Origin: Octopus vulgaris
Lineage: Eukaryota
DNA length: 64,000 nt
Reading direction: 5' to 3'
Assembly (NCBI GenBank): GCA_951406725.2
Contig: OX597818.1
Span: forward strand, 76,570,001-76,634,000
A program made the position numbers and the translations under genes. A model generated the notes under the pieces. The model was given only the letters and a program-made list of their open reading frames with translations, was not told where the DNA came from and did no database searches. Below, in pieces: positions 1 through 11,813 of the stretch (position 1 is its first letter; each line of letters opens with the position of its first letter).

Positions 1-229
1 AAGGCTAAAAACAATGCAAAGCGCATTGTGACCGGCGATGTGTAGCAACATCTGATAGCCTGGTCGGTCACGGTGATCACGGTGATATATATATATATAT
101 ATATGACAAACTGTTATCGCAAAAAAAAAAAAGCAGATGTAAAATTATAATGACATTTCATTTTAGTTTTGTTGTTGTTCTGGGTTGTCTGTGTTTCAGC
201 TCCTTCCTGCAGCTTAGAGCTGCAACACT

Positions 230-1190
230 TCCCCAGCTTAGACATGCAACACATATACTGTTCCAAATATGGCCACCAACTATGTGTTTCCAGTGATACC
301 TGATACAACTTACCAAGTTTTTGCTTCCTTTGAGATGGTTCTGAGTGCACACATTACAATGGGTGTCACACTCACTCTTGATTCTCTATGAATATGCTCC
401 ACTTCAAATGCCAAGTCTTGATACCTTTTCACTTCTTCATTCAATGTCTTCACAATGTTCTGATCTGCAGGTACTGTTATGTCAATGAGGATGCATTCTC
501 ATTTCTGGTCAATTATGTTGCAGCTTCATATGCATGTAGATAGTCATATTCCAGTTGGGTTTCATTTGATCATTGTTAGTGACTCACAATGATTGGTGTT
601 TGTGCCACTTGTTAGTACAAGGGGACACTGAAAAGTTCCTGGCTTTAAGATATTGTGAAAGGCCTGGTTGGAAGCCCAACCATCTGAGAATTTTTACAAG
701 ACTTAGAAAAACTGAAGGACCATTGCAATAAAAGTGTGTGAGTCTGAGAGTGAAATATGTTGAATAAGATCATAACTGATCCTTGTGTATTTTCTTTTAC
801 TCAAAGTCAGGAACTCTTCAGCACCCCCTCGTACACTCTTGCCTACACATCCTGCATGTCTTCCCATGTACTCACTTTTTCATGGCATTCTTTTGTACTC
901 CATCCAGGCTAGTTTTGAACACCCACTAACTACATGTCAAATTGTTTCAGATGTTTCTACACAATCTACACAGTATTATTTCTGATGTCTTGTCCATGCT
1001 GTACTTGAATGCATTAGTTTGTAAACTTGTTCTTGCACAAGTTTCAAGCCTTCTGTCTTCTTTGAAAATCCATGACTTAGCCATCTCCAGGATTCTTTAT
1101 CAGATACATCTGATGTTTGTTAGACACTTTCCATGTTGAACTTTCTCTTTACAGTTATATTGGTGAACTTTTTCTCATCAGTCCTCTTTT
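230..1190 (-). mobile_element. Degraded R4/Dong-like non-LTR retrotransposon 3' fragment (CCHC knuckle + REL endonuclease), interrupted by a MITE
   Basis: Frameshifted minus-strand translation gives ESWRWL...CRLC..ETI*HVVSGCSKLA..EYK and CILIDITVPADQNI...KRYQDLAFEV...VTPIV, the typical R4-clade CCHC and REL motifs. Confidence 0.8.
618..831. mobile_element. Tc1/mariner-type MITE inserted in the R4-like LINE
   Basis: TIRs CAAGGGGACACTGAAAAGTTCCTG / CAGGAACTCTTCAGCACCCCCTCG, TA on both sides; second copy at ~43000-43216. Confidence 0.85.
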
Positions 1191-1216
1191 TTTACTGTTG
1201 TTGCTGTTGTTGTTAT

Positions 1217-1443
1217 GTGGAAAGCTGGCTGAATCATCAGCATTCCAGGTAAAATGCTTAGCAGCATTTCGTTTGTCTTTACATTCTGAGTTCAAATTCC
1301 GTCAAGGTTGACTTTAGCCATCATCCTTTCGGGGTCAATAAATTAACTACCAGTGAAACACTGGGCTTAATGTAATCAACTAGTCTCTCCCACCCAGATT
1401 TCAGGCTTGGTGCCTTTAGTAGAAAGGATTATTATTATTATTA
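1217..1443 (+). mobile_element. tRNA-like SINE, family A
   Basis: B-box-like GAGTTCAAATTCC, body TCATCCTTTCGGGGTCAATAAATTAA, (ATT)n tail; more than 12 related copies in the window. Confidence 0.85.
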
Positions 1444-2974
1444 TCCTCATCAGTGCTGCTACTGATGTTGACAATAGTGGCATCAGAATGTAGTAGTAGT
1501 AGTAGTAGTAGTACCGTACTTTGAAAACAGCAACTAGGAAAACAAATTAGCTTTCCTAGTTGGTAAATTAATTTAGATTCGTTTAGTGGAGAAATGTATG
1601 ATAAGATCTGAGGTATATGCAAAATATGTTTAACTCTTGAAGTCTAATGTGCTGACTAGTTCTGCTAATTCAAATAGGTAGAAATTTCTTTCCTTTTTCC
1701 AGTCAATTTAGAATATAAAGATGGAATTATATATACATCTCTATATAATAATAACAGCTGATATGGTCATTAACTGGTTGATTGGTTTATTTAGTGATAT
1801 TATATGTCGTTAATAGAGAGTGAGGAGGAAGTGAGAGGAAGACACACAACCTCAGACTTTGCACAATGTACTGGATGTGTTGTTCATAATACCACCACTA
1901 GAGTGATCACTTCCTTGACATGACTAAAAGAACCTCACAATTTTGTGTCTAAATATACTCATACACATGCCTGTATGCACATACACACACCTGTTTGTGT
2001 TTTAAAGTAATCTAATAATTGTTTAATGTTTCTGGTATCCTTAATTGCTCTGCGTGGTATGTTTTGGAAATGTGTAAATGTTAGAGTACAACTGTTTTAC
2101 TGATATATTTTGTTTTTACAGTTTTACTTGCATTGCCCAACTTCCCATCCTTACCACTGATATAATTCCACACTGTTGACATTTGCTGCTGTTTACCAAT
2201 ATCAGCCAATTCCCTTAACATTGTTCCTCCTACTTTGCATGCAATTTAGAACTTGGTGTGACAAAAGTTAATGCCAGTTCTGACCTAACAGCCTTATTCT
2301 CTTCATTCCAGCAGCCATCAATCTCCACTTACAAAAATAAACTTTCAACCTCTTATATAGAATCCAAGGGTTAATAAGGCCTCTCTGCATGTGTCAAAGG
2401 GAGCATCAAATGACTCATGCTGTTTTGTTACGATTGAAGTAGCTGAGGGTGGAGTAAGCTTTTGTCCAAGAATATCAGCATATACTTTGACAAAAACTTC
2501 CCACTCTTCCTTCTCCCCTCTCTCATACACAGGCTCTGTCATAAGTCATGAAATAACTACCAAGTGGAATTGAATTGTCATAATTAAATTTGTTTTGATT
2601 GAGACATAGTATCTAGGACTGCATTATCTAAAGTGTCCTTCTTAAGACAGACAGAGGGAGGGAGGAAGAAAGAGGTATTTGGCTTCTATTTCTTGCAGGC
2701 TGAGTGACCACATAGAGGCTCCTTCATTGGTTTGTTGTAGTGTATTTGCTTGGTAGTGTAGTGTTATTGTTTAGTCCTAGTCAGCTGTATCAAATAGACA
2801 TGTTATCAAACATGTTCCAGCTGCAGCTATGCCATCTTGACTGCTGATATACGTCTCGATATTTCCCAGTCCCGGAACCCAAAATATTGCAAATATGCTT
2901 CAAAGTTGAAGGAGCTTATTTTGAGCATTTTATATGAATTAGGCAAACTTTAAAATTACAATATATAGGAAGTA

Positions 2975-3395
2975 GACAGCAAGCTAGCAGTATTGTTAGC
3001 ATACTGGGAAAAATGCTTAACAGCATTTTCTCTGTCATTACATTCTGAGTTCAAATTCTGCCAAGGTTGACTTTACCTTTCATCCTTTCGGGGTTGATAA
3101 ATTAAGTACCAGTTGCATACTGGGGTTGATCTAATCGACTGGCCCCTCACCAAAAATTTTGGACCTTGTGCCTAGATTAGAAAAGAATATATAGTATAGG
3201 AAGTAGGTAGCAAACTAGCAGAATTGCCAGGCAAAATGCTTAACAGCTTTACCTCTGTCTTTACATTCTGAGTTCAAATTTGCCTTTCATCCTTTTGGGG
3301 TCAATAAAATGAGTACCAGTTGTGCACAGGAACTGATGTAATCAACTTACGCCCACCCCCCCAAAAATTACTGACCTGGTGCCAAAATTTGAAAC
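2975..3395 (+). mobile_element. Two tandem SINE family A copies
   Basis: Two successive ACATTCTGAGTTCAAATT...TTTCATCCTTT.GGGGT bodies. Confidence 0.8.
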
Positions 3396-4758
3396 CTATA
3401 TGTAGTATAGAAGTTTTCTACTCAGGTTTTTGTTAGTACTTGTTTATAACATAACAATATCTATCACTTTTCTTTTACCCACAACCTCATCTTTTCTTTC
3501 TGAAACATCAATCACTTCTGCATTTTTTTTTTTTTTTGATGAAGTTTTTCTTCTGGCAGCTCAAATATCATTTATATCAGCACCACCTAGGACTGTAATC
3601 CATCCTTATCAAAATTACAACTGATTAATAAAATTTCTTTACATTTTACACTGTTTAATGTTCACTTTTCCATGCTTGTACAGGCCTGACAGAATTTGCT
3701 GAGGCAAATTTTCTGTGATTGAATGTCCTTTCTGTTGCCAACCCTCACCTATTAACAAGTAAGATATTTCTCCAGGAAGACTGAAAATGAACAATACACC
3801 TCTCATTAATTAGAGGTCATTAAAATATCTTAAATTAGATTTTTGAAGTTATTTTTCATTTATGATATTTCATTACTTGCTTAATTTTAGAATCTAATCT
3901 CAGTAAGAAACTTTTATTTTTTTTTTTTTTTACCTCTAAATATGCATACTGCACTTTGTACTTTGAAGATACTTGAAGGTGTGTTGGAGACACCTTCATG
4001 GTATGAGTTAGCAATCTCAGAGTTCCTCATCCTCACTTGAATCAATTTTCTGGTAATCAATCAACCAAACAGCCAACCAACCACTACCAATCTCAAATCC
4101 TGATTACTTTTAAGAGAACAATTTGTTATTGGTCTGATTTCGAGGTGTGTACTTGTTGTGAAGTTAAGTTAAATGGACTATAAAAATAAGCTGTTGTGTA
4201 TATCATCATAGAAAAAGAGGATTAATTACTAATTAATATCTGCAACTCAATTCGTATTGATAAACAACAATTTATTCTAATCTGTTCTGAAGTTTTTGTT
4301 TGTTTGCTTTTCTTGATTGTTTGTTTTACTTTTTACAAGTATTCAAAAATACATTTGTCATCACCTGTATCCCTTTCATTCTTTTTATTTTAATTTGCAT
4401 TCTGTTGTCTTCATCTCATAGTAAGTCATCATCATCATCATTACTATCATTCTCATCATCATTGTCATCTTCATTGCTTTGTAATTTAGATTCCTTCCTC
4501 TTATTGGCCTGTTTTAACAGGATTATATTACTTACACTTTATCATAGTCTAAAATGTTTTTCAGTTTTAAGTGATAGCCCTTTATATGATTGATAGCTGA
4601 TAGTGCTCTCTCTCTCTCTCTGTATGTGTCTTGTCCACATTCTTGCAGAGAGAATAGTTTTAACCCTAGTAATTAGAGACAGTCTACTAGAATTAATAAA
4701 ATTTCCCTGCCAAGAATGTAACTAGTGGGTCCAGTTTTCCAGATTTTAATGCTGATGT

Positions 4759-4982
4759 AATAATAATAATCCTTTCTACTAAAGGCACAGGGCCTGAAAT
4801 TTTTGGGGAAGGAATTGGTCGATTACATCAACCTCAGTGTTTCACTGGTACTTAATTTATCAACTCCAAAAGGATGAAAGGCAAAGATGACCTCAGAGGA
4901 ATTTGAACTCAGAATGTAAAGACGGATGAAATGCTACTAAACCTTTTGACCAGCATGTTAACGATTCTGCCAGCTCACTGCC
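4759..4982 (-). mobile_element. SINE family A
   Basis: Reverse complement of the 1217-1443 element, with (AAT)n at the left end. Confidence 0.85.
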
Positions 4983-6177
4983 TTAGTGGAAGTAACAATA
5001 ATCTTTTCTACTATAAGATGAGACACATTGGACAATGTAGTCCTCAATATACAAAATATGGAATGCGTTTGATCATAAATTTGCTCAATCATGTCTAAGC
5101 AGCAAACAACAATACCATTGATTACCCCCACCCCCCATACTAGACTGGTACTTCATTTTGTCAACCATAGACAGATGAAAAGTACCAGCTGAGTACTGGG
5201 GTCAATGTAATCAACCTATCCCCCCACCTTCCCCAAAATTTCAAGCCTTGTGCCTATCGTTGAAAGGATGATGATGATTATTATTATCATTATTATTAAT
5301 ATTATTATTATTATTATTATTATACTGTAAATGACCATCAACGTTGCTTGTTGTTGTTACTCTGACATTTTCCTCACTGTTGATTACCAATGTGAATGTC
5401 ATTCATTACTCCTGACAATTAGAGATTGCTTCAACTTAATTATCTCTTCACTAATTTCGCTTTCCTCTACCATTATGTCTTTTCTGTCTAAGTTCAAGGC
5501 TAAATACTACCCCCTCTCCCTTCTACATCTCTCTGTGTGTCTCTTTCTCTCTGTCTCTACCACTCTCTCTTTCAGATTAGTTTTCACCTTGAACTGTTTC
5601 TGTACAAAAGGAAAGTTTGTTTTTAATGATATTTTGCTTAAAACTCTCTATACTTAACCAATATTCCTTGATAAAATCCACATTGCTTACCTTATGCTTC
5701 TTGCTAGAACCCCCATTCTTGTTAAAATCCCTATACTTGTTAAAATCCCTATACCTCTTAAAATCCCCTATATTTGTAACCCCACTCTCCATGCTTTATA
5801 TTTCTTGTTTCTGGATATTACATCATTCCACAACTTATATAAAAACCAATGGGAGCTCCTGTACACAGGCTCTCAAATCATATCCGCTTAAAAAAAAATT
5901 ATACATTGGATAATATACTGCTAGATAAACCATGTGTGAATAAAAGATTTGATGATCTCACAGCTGGAATGTCTTTGATTAAAGCCTGCTGGATCAGGCC
6001 AGTCTGGGTTAAGCAATATCAACAACGGTCAACTATCTCCATCTTAAATTATTAACTTTGTAAGTGATTTGCTTTTTGTTATACATTGTATAACACAACA
6101 CCAGTCTGGACAAGAATCATCATGAATGCAGTCAACTTTATCACTTAATCATAAAAGGATATGTTTGTATATTTATA

Positions 6178-6229
<52 letters not shown>

Positions 6230-6398
6230 AAGACAGTTGAACTGAGAATCTCTCTCTCCCTTGCTCTCTCTCTTTCTCTCTCTCTCTCTCACTCACTAAA
6301 AGTCAACTTTTTGGAGATACATTGAAATAGAGGACACTATGATACATCATTGAAATACAGACTATTGATATGTCATTAAAATGAAGCATTAAGATATA

Positions 6399-6880
6399 TC
6401 ATCATCATTTAGCATCCGCTTTCCATGCTAGCATGGGTTGGACAGTTCAACTGGGGTCTGTGAAGCCAGAAAGCTGCATCAGGCCCAGTCTGATCTGGCA
6501 GTGTTTCTACGGCTGGATGCCCTTCCTAATGCCAACCACTCCGTGAGTGTAGTGGGTGCTTTTTACGTGCCACCGGCACGGGGGCCAAGCGAGGCTGGCA
6601 ACAGCCATGAACGGATGGTGCGTTTACGTGCCACCGGCACGGGGGCCAAGCGAGGCTGGCAATGGCCATGAATGGATGGTGCTTTTGCGTGCCACCGGCA
6701 TGGGGGCCAGGCGAGGCTGGCAACGGCCACGAACAGATGGTGCTTTTTACGTGCCACCGGCACGGAGGCCAGTTGGGGCAGCGCTGGCGACAGCCACGAT
6801 CAGATGGTTTGCTTACTTGTCACCACCACTGGTATCACAGCTGCAATTTCCATTGATGTTGATCGACTTCGATTTTGGTT
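6399..6880 (-). mobile_element. RTE-like LINE 3' UTR with internal minisatellite
   Basis: (CAT)n tail plus TTCCATGCTAGCATGGGTTGGAC...GGATGCCCTTCCTAA matches the 3' end of the RT-coding copy at 62500-63682. Confidence 0.75.
6554..6815. repeat. GC-rich minisatellite, ~61-62 bp unit, ~4 copies
   Basis: Repeats of GGTGCTTTTACGTGCCACCGGCACGGGGGCCAAGCGAGGCTGGCAAC.GCCA.GAA.GGAT. Confidence 0.9.
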
Positions 6881-8640
6881 CTGCTTTCTGATATCTGATT
6901 TGATAGGACTATGGGACATTTCATTTGCTGTAATAATCTCACCACCTTAATAATAAATGTGGTTTCTGATTTTAGCACAAGATACGCAAATTTGAAGGGA
7001 GTTGGTTTACTTAATACCATCAACCCCAGTTTGTGATTGGTACTCTGTTTTTATTGATTTTGGAAGGCTAAAAGTCAAAGATAACCATATAAAGATTACC
7101 TTTCATCCCTAAAAATTAGCTTGCAGAAACCATTCCCAAACGAAACCATTGCATCCTGAAGTAGTCATGATCAGTGTAGTCAGACCCACGTTCTGTGCAG
7201 CACAGGATGAATTTATTAAGGGCTTTTACTAATGTTCTTCATATCTAATGTAAATTTTCCTTTTTTTTATGACTGTTCTTTTACTTCTCTTCTTGTCTCC
7301 CCCTCTCTCTGTCTTAGCCTCTCTTTCCCTCTCCCTCTCTTCTGTCTTACCCTCTCTTTCCCCTCTCCCTTTCTTCACCACTGTATCTCCCTTGATGGTA
7401 TTGTGTTGCATGAAATTCAGACTTTAACAGCAATAAATAAGTTTGGTTTTATTTATTTATTTTTCCTTATTTCTTTGAGTTTTATTAACAGTGTATGAAT
7501 AGAACAAAACAGTTGAAATTTCCTGCTTATTATGAATGCTTTACTGTTAATGTTTATGGAGAGACTATTCTGAAGTATAAGCATGTGTGATGATAACTCC
7601 AGATTGATGCTGGAGCAGGAGGGAGTGGTGAAATATTTATGATCCAACATTAATCCCCTAATTCCCCCTCCCTTCCATGTTTACACATTAATATCGAACT
7701 CTCTGGTGCCACAGTGTCAACATTCTACAGAACAAGAAACATATTTCTATTTAGATGAGGAAATGGGAAGCTTTTATTTAGAAATTTTGCTATCAACCAT
7801 ATTCTTCAGTTTTAGTGGCCATTTGATTCATCATTTACAGGAAGTGTGTATATGTATGTATATTCTTGTGTTTGGGTGTGGTCTATAATAATAACCTTTC
7901 TGTTATAGGCACAGGGCCTGGAATATGTTTTGGTGATGGGAGGGTACTAGTCAATTACATCAGCTCCAGTGTTTCACTGATACTTAATTTATCGACCCCC
8001 AAATGGATGAAAGGCAAAGTCAACTTTGGTGGAATTTGAACTCAGTATATAGCAGTAGACAAAATACCACTAAAACAGCTGATATAAATATTGGTCAGTG
8101 GATCTCTTCAGTCATACTTTACATTGTATTCAAAGAGGGGAAGAGGGAATAAAAGAGAGATACAGACAGGACGGGTGTGCATACTAGGCTCGATAGCAGA
8201 CAATGAGTAAAGGAATGGCATGCACAAACATACATACACAAACATACATACATACATACATACATTCATACATAAATACATGCCCTCTTGCATACATGTA
8301 ATTGAAAAACTGGTTAGAATTGGCAACAGGTAGAGCAACTGTCTAAAAATCCTGCCTCAAATAAATACCTATCTAGCTCTTGCTAGCATAGAAAAACAAA
8401 CATTCAATGAACAGATAACAGATACACCCGCATACACATATGTATATAGGTTACAGGTGTGGCTGTGTGGTAAGAAGCTTGCCTCCCAACCATATGGTTC
8501 TGTGTTCAATACCACTGTGTTGCACCTTGGGCAAGTGTCTTCTACTATAAACTTGGGCCAACCATAGCCTTGTGAGTGGATTTGGTAGACAGAAACTGAA
8601 AAAAGCTCATCGTTTATTTATATATATATATATATATATA

Positions 8641-9306
8641 TAAAAGTAGATAACTGGTACAACAAGGCACCAATATTTACTGGAAAATAGCAATCGTAAT
8701 AAATACGACGCTATTGTATCACTTCACTGTGTATATACTAGCAAAGACGCGTGTGTGCAACAAACATGAAAAAAATTTGTCTTACCTCTAGGAAGAACAT
8801 CTGATAAATGGACAACCTAGAATCAGATAATGCAGGACCGGTTTCTGACTCTTCAAATATGTTTGACAACGTAAATTTGATTAGTCTTCATCAGCTGCAT
8901 TTACCTAGACAAAATTTCAAATGTTGCCACATCAATACCAGTATACTTGTCTGAACGGCAAAACGTTAACAGAACGAAAACAGTGAAGAAGTTTCAATGA
9001 AATTAATAATGCAATACAAATGTATTACTTTCCAGTAAAGGATAGCCCCATAAGGGTAAAATTATACGTATAAAAGTAGATAAATGGTACAATAAGGCAC
9101 CAATATTTACTAGAAAATAGCAATCATAATAAATACGACGCTATTGTATAGCTTCACTACGTATATACAAGCAAAGACGTGTGTGTGCAACAAACATGAA
9201 AAAAATTTGTCTTACCTCTAGGAAGAACATCTGATAAATGGACAACCTAGAATTGGATAATGCAGGACCGGTTTCTTTTACTGGAAAGTAATACATTCGT
9301 GTTGCA

Positions 9307-9310
<4 letters not shown>
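8641..9310 (-). mobile_element. Hammerhead-bearing Penelope-pLTR/retrozyme-like element: 1.5-mer of a 430-bp unit with short terminal inversion, within (TA)n
   Basis: 8641-8846 is directly repeated at 9071-9276; 9277-9310 is an inverted copy of 9006-9039; (TA)n on both flanks; hammerhead motif inside. Confidence 0.75.
8829..8901 (-). ncRNA. Type I hammerhead ribozyme motif
   Basis: Minus strand AATGCAG-CTGATGA-A-GACT..TCAAAT..ATTTGA..AGTC-A-GAAAC-CG-GTC-CTGCATT: 7-bp stem I, intact core, palindromic stem III ACCGGT, GUC site; A.A mismatch at the base of stem II. Confidence 0.8.
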
Positions 9311-9337
<27 letters not shown>

Positions 9338-9570
9338 GAGAGAGAGAAAGAGCAAGGGTGTGAGAGGTATTGGTACCGAGAAGACCCAAAGAGTGGCAGG
9401 TAACACCAAGTAAGTGCTATGGACACACCATAGTTAAACTTTTAGTTCAATAGTGGTACGAGTGAGGAGTCTAATGTGGGTCTTGTATTAGCATGCATAT
9501 ATATATATATATATATATATGTGCATGCTGTGAGTAGTTTTCAGGACATTTTTAAGGAAAAAGATATATA

Positions 9571-9618
9571 GTCTTACAGCTGTTTCTGGGATATTATGGA
9601 TATCTCTTCATCAGAGAC
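9571..9618 (-). ncRNA. Type I hammerhead ribozyme motif (left arm)
   Basis: GTCT-CTGATGA-AGAGATATCCATAATATCCCA-GAAAC-AGCT-GTA-AGAC; stem III palindrome ACAGCTGT; stem II partly eroded. Confidence 0.75.
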
Positions 9619-10171
9619 GATGTGAGATGGTTAAATAGAGGTAAGTATTTGAGTTTGAAATTAGGAATTATTATGGAAAAGGAGGAGATAGCAAATATAG
9701 AGGTGAAAGGAGAATGACAGTAGAAATAAAATATATAAAGATTGTAGTTGCAGTTCCATTATTCGAAGAAAGTGGTAAAAAAGTTTCCTGTACATGATAT
9801 GTAAGTTCCAATAGTAGTTTGTTTAGTCATTTCAAAGTATGGAGCCATGGATTCTGTGTTACTCATTCGAAAGGATCTTCACACCATAAGACCCTTTCGA
9901 ATGAGCAACCCAGAATCCACAGCTCCATACTTTGAAACGACCAAACATGAACTACTACTGGTACTAACATACCATGTACGGGAAACTTTTTTATCACTTC
10001 TGTACACCACTTTCTTCAAATAATGGAACTGAAACTACAATATCTCTATATATTTTATATTTCATTTCTACTTTCATTCTTATTTCCCTCTATATTCCCT
10101 ATCTCCTCCTTTTCCATAATAATTCCTTATTTCGAACTCAAATATTTACCTCTATTTAACCATCTCACATT

Positions 10172-10219
10172 GTCTTTGATGAAGCGATATCCATAATATT
10201 CCAGAAACAGCTGTAAGAC
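10172..10219 (+). ncRNA. Degenerate hammerhead motif (right arm)
   Basis: GTCT-TTGATGA-...-GAAAC-AGCT-GTA-AGAC; first core C mutated to T. Confidence 0.6.
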
Positions 10220-11350
10220 TGTATCTATATCTTTTTCCTTATAAATGTCCTGTAAACTATTCACAGCTTTGGCTTTATCTCATTTTGTCTAATATATGTG
10301 TGCGTGTGTGTGTAAAATGTTATATAGTAACGGAACAGTTGTGGTAGTGGGTGGAGAGGCAGGCCAATATGCTGATATATAATGATACAGTTAGGAAGGG
10401 TGTGTGTGTGTGTCTGCATCTGTGCACGCATGCACACACACACACACACACACAATAACAGAAATGGCAATGACAGAGAGGAGGAAACAGAAGAGAGCAT
10501 AGGATTGGTATAGATGTTTAAATATGTTTTTCTAGACATTTTGACATTTTCTATAAACAGCAGTCATATCAATATCTTCTGGATTTTGTTTGTGTATATA
10601 TATATACCTGTGTGTATGAGTGTGTCTCTGTATTTGTGTGCATCCATATATATGCATGTTTGCATATTTGTGTGTGTGCACGTGCCTAAGTATGTATGGA
10701 TGTTTGCATATATGTATTTGTGCACATGTATGTGTATGGGTAAGCATGTGCAGGTATGACCATATGGTTGAGAAGTTGGTCTTGCAACCATGTAGCTTCA
10801 GGTTCAGCCCTACTGCATGGCGCTTTAGTCTCCTACTATAGCCCCAGGCATTTCAATGCCTTGTGAATGGATTTGGTTGATGCAAACTGAAAGAAGCCCA
10901 TCACATGTATGTAGACACACTTACACACACTGAAATCCATGTGATTCATTTGTGCATGGAAAAGTGGACATTAAAATGATGATGATGTTGTGTGTGTGTG
11001 TGTATAAAAGCACCTAACACACTGTAAAGTGGATGACATTAGGAAGGGCATCCAGCTGTAGAAACCATACCAAATCAGTCTGGTGTAGCTCCCTATCTTG
11101 TCAGCTCTGGTCACACTGTCCAACCCATGGACAACAGACATTAAATGATGATGATATATATTTATGAAGTTTGCTTCTCAACCATAAGATATTGCCATGG
11201 CATGGCACGCTGGGCAAGTGCATTCTGTTATAGTTTCAGATCAATCAAAACTGAAAGAAGCCCATCATATACATGTGCATGTGTATCTGTGACCTGTGCG
11301 TGGCCATGAGTAAATATGATCTTACTTGGAAACAGCTTAGGATTGTTGAT

Positions 11351-11422
11351 AGGAAGTGCATCCACCATAGAAAATACCCACTCGTCAGGAAGTGCATCCA
11401 CCATAGAAAATACCCACTCGTC
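11351..11422. repeat. Perfect 36-bp tandem duplication
   Basis: AGGAAGTGCATCCACCATAGAAAATACCCACTCGTC x2. Confidence 0.9.
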
Positions 11423-11768
11423 TGACCCATGCAAGCATGAAAAAGTGGTCCCGTTAAACAATGATGATAAGGATATAAACATTGTATATAATAGTTTCCA
11501 CTTTAGTGAAACACTTATTTACAGTAAAGTGTGACACTGTCACAACATCTGGTCTTTGTCTGCCAAAAACAACACAATTTGTCCTGATAAAGAAATTACA
11601 TAATTAACAGCTCTCCATATATTGTTAATTAATGTTTCATGTGATGATTGTCTTTTGTTGTTATTGCTGGACAGGACAGCATATTTCGTCTTTCCTATGT
11701 AGGTGTGTGCGCACGCGCGCGGTATGCATGCATACAAATATATGTGTGTATGTATGTATGTGTGTGTG

Positions 11769-11813
<45 letters not shown>

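Larger units (their letters stand above)
9527..10267. mobile_element. ~740 bp fold-back element with a hammerhead motif in each arm (Penelope-like inverted pLTR)
   Basis: Arms 9527-9879 and 9888-10267 are imperfect reverse complements around an 8-nt loop; left end lies next to (TA)n. Confidence 0.8.

Noticed and set aside
1217-1320. tRNA gene from A/B-box-like motifs
   Set aside because: No cloverleaf; these are heads of high-copy SINEs.
6554-6815. Regularly spaced repeats resembling a CRISPR array
   Set aside because: No unique spacers; a tandem minisatellite inside a LINE 3' UTR in animal DNA.
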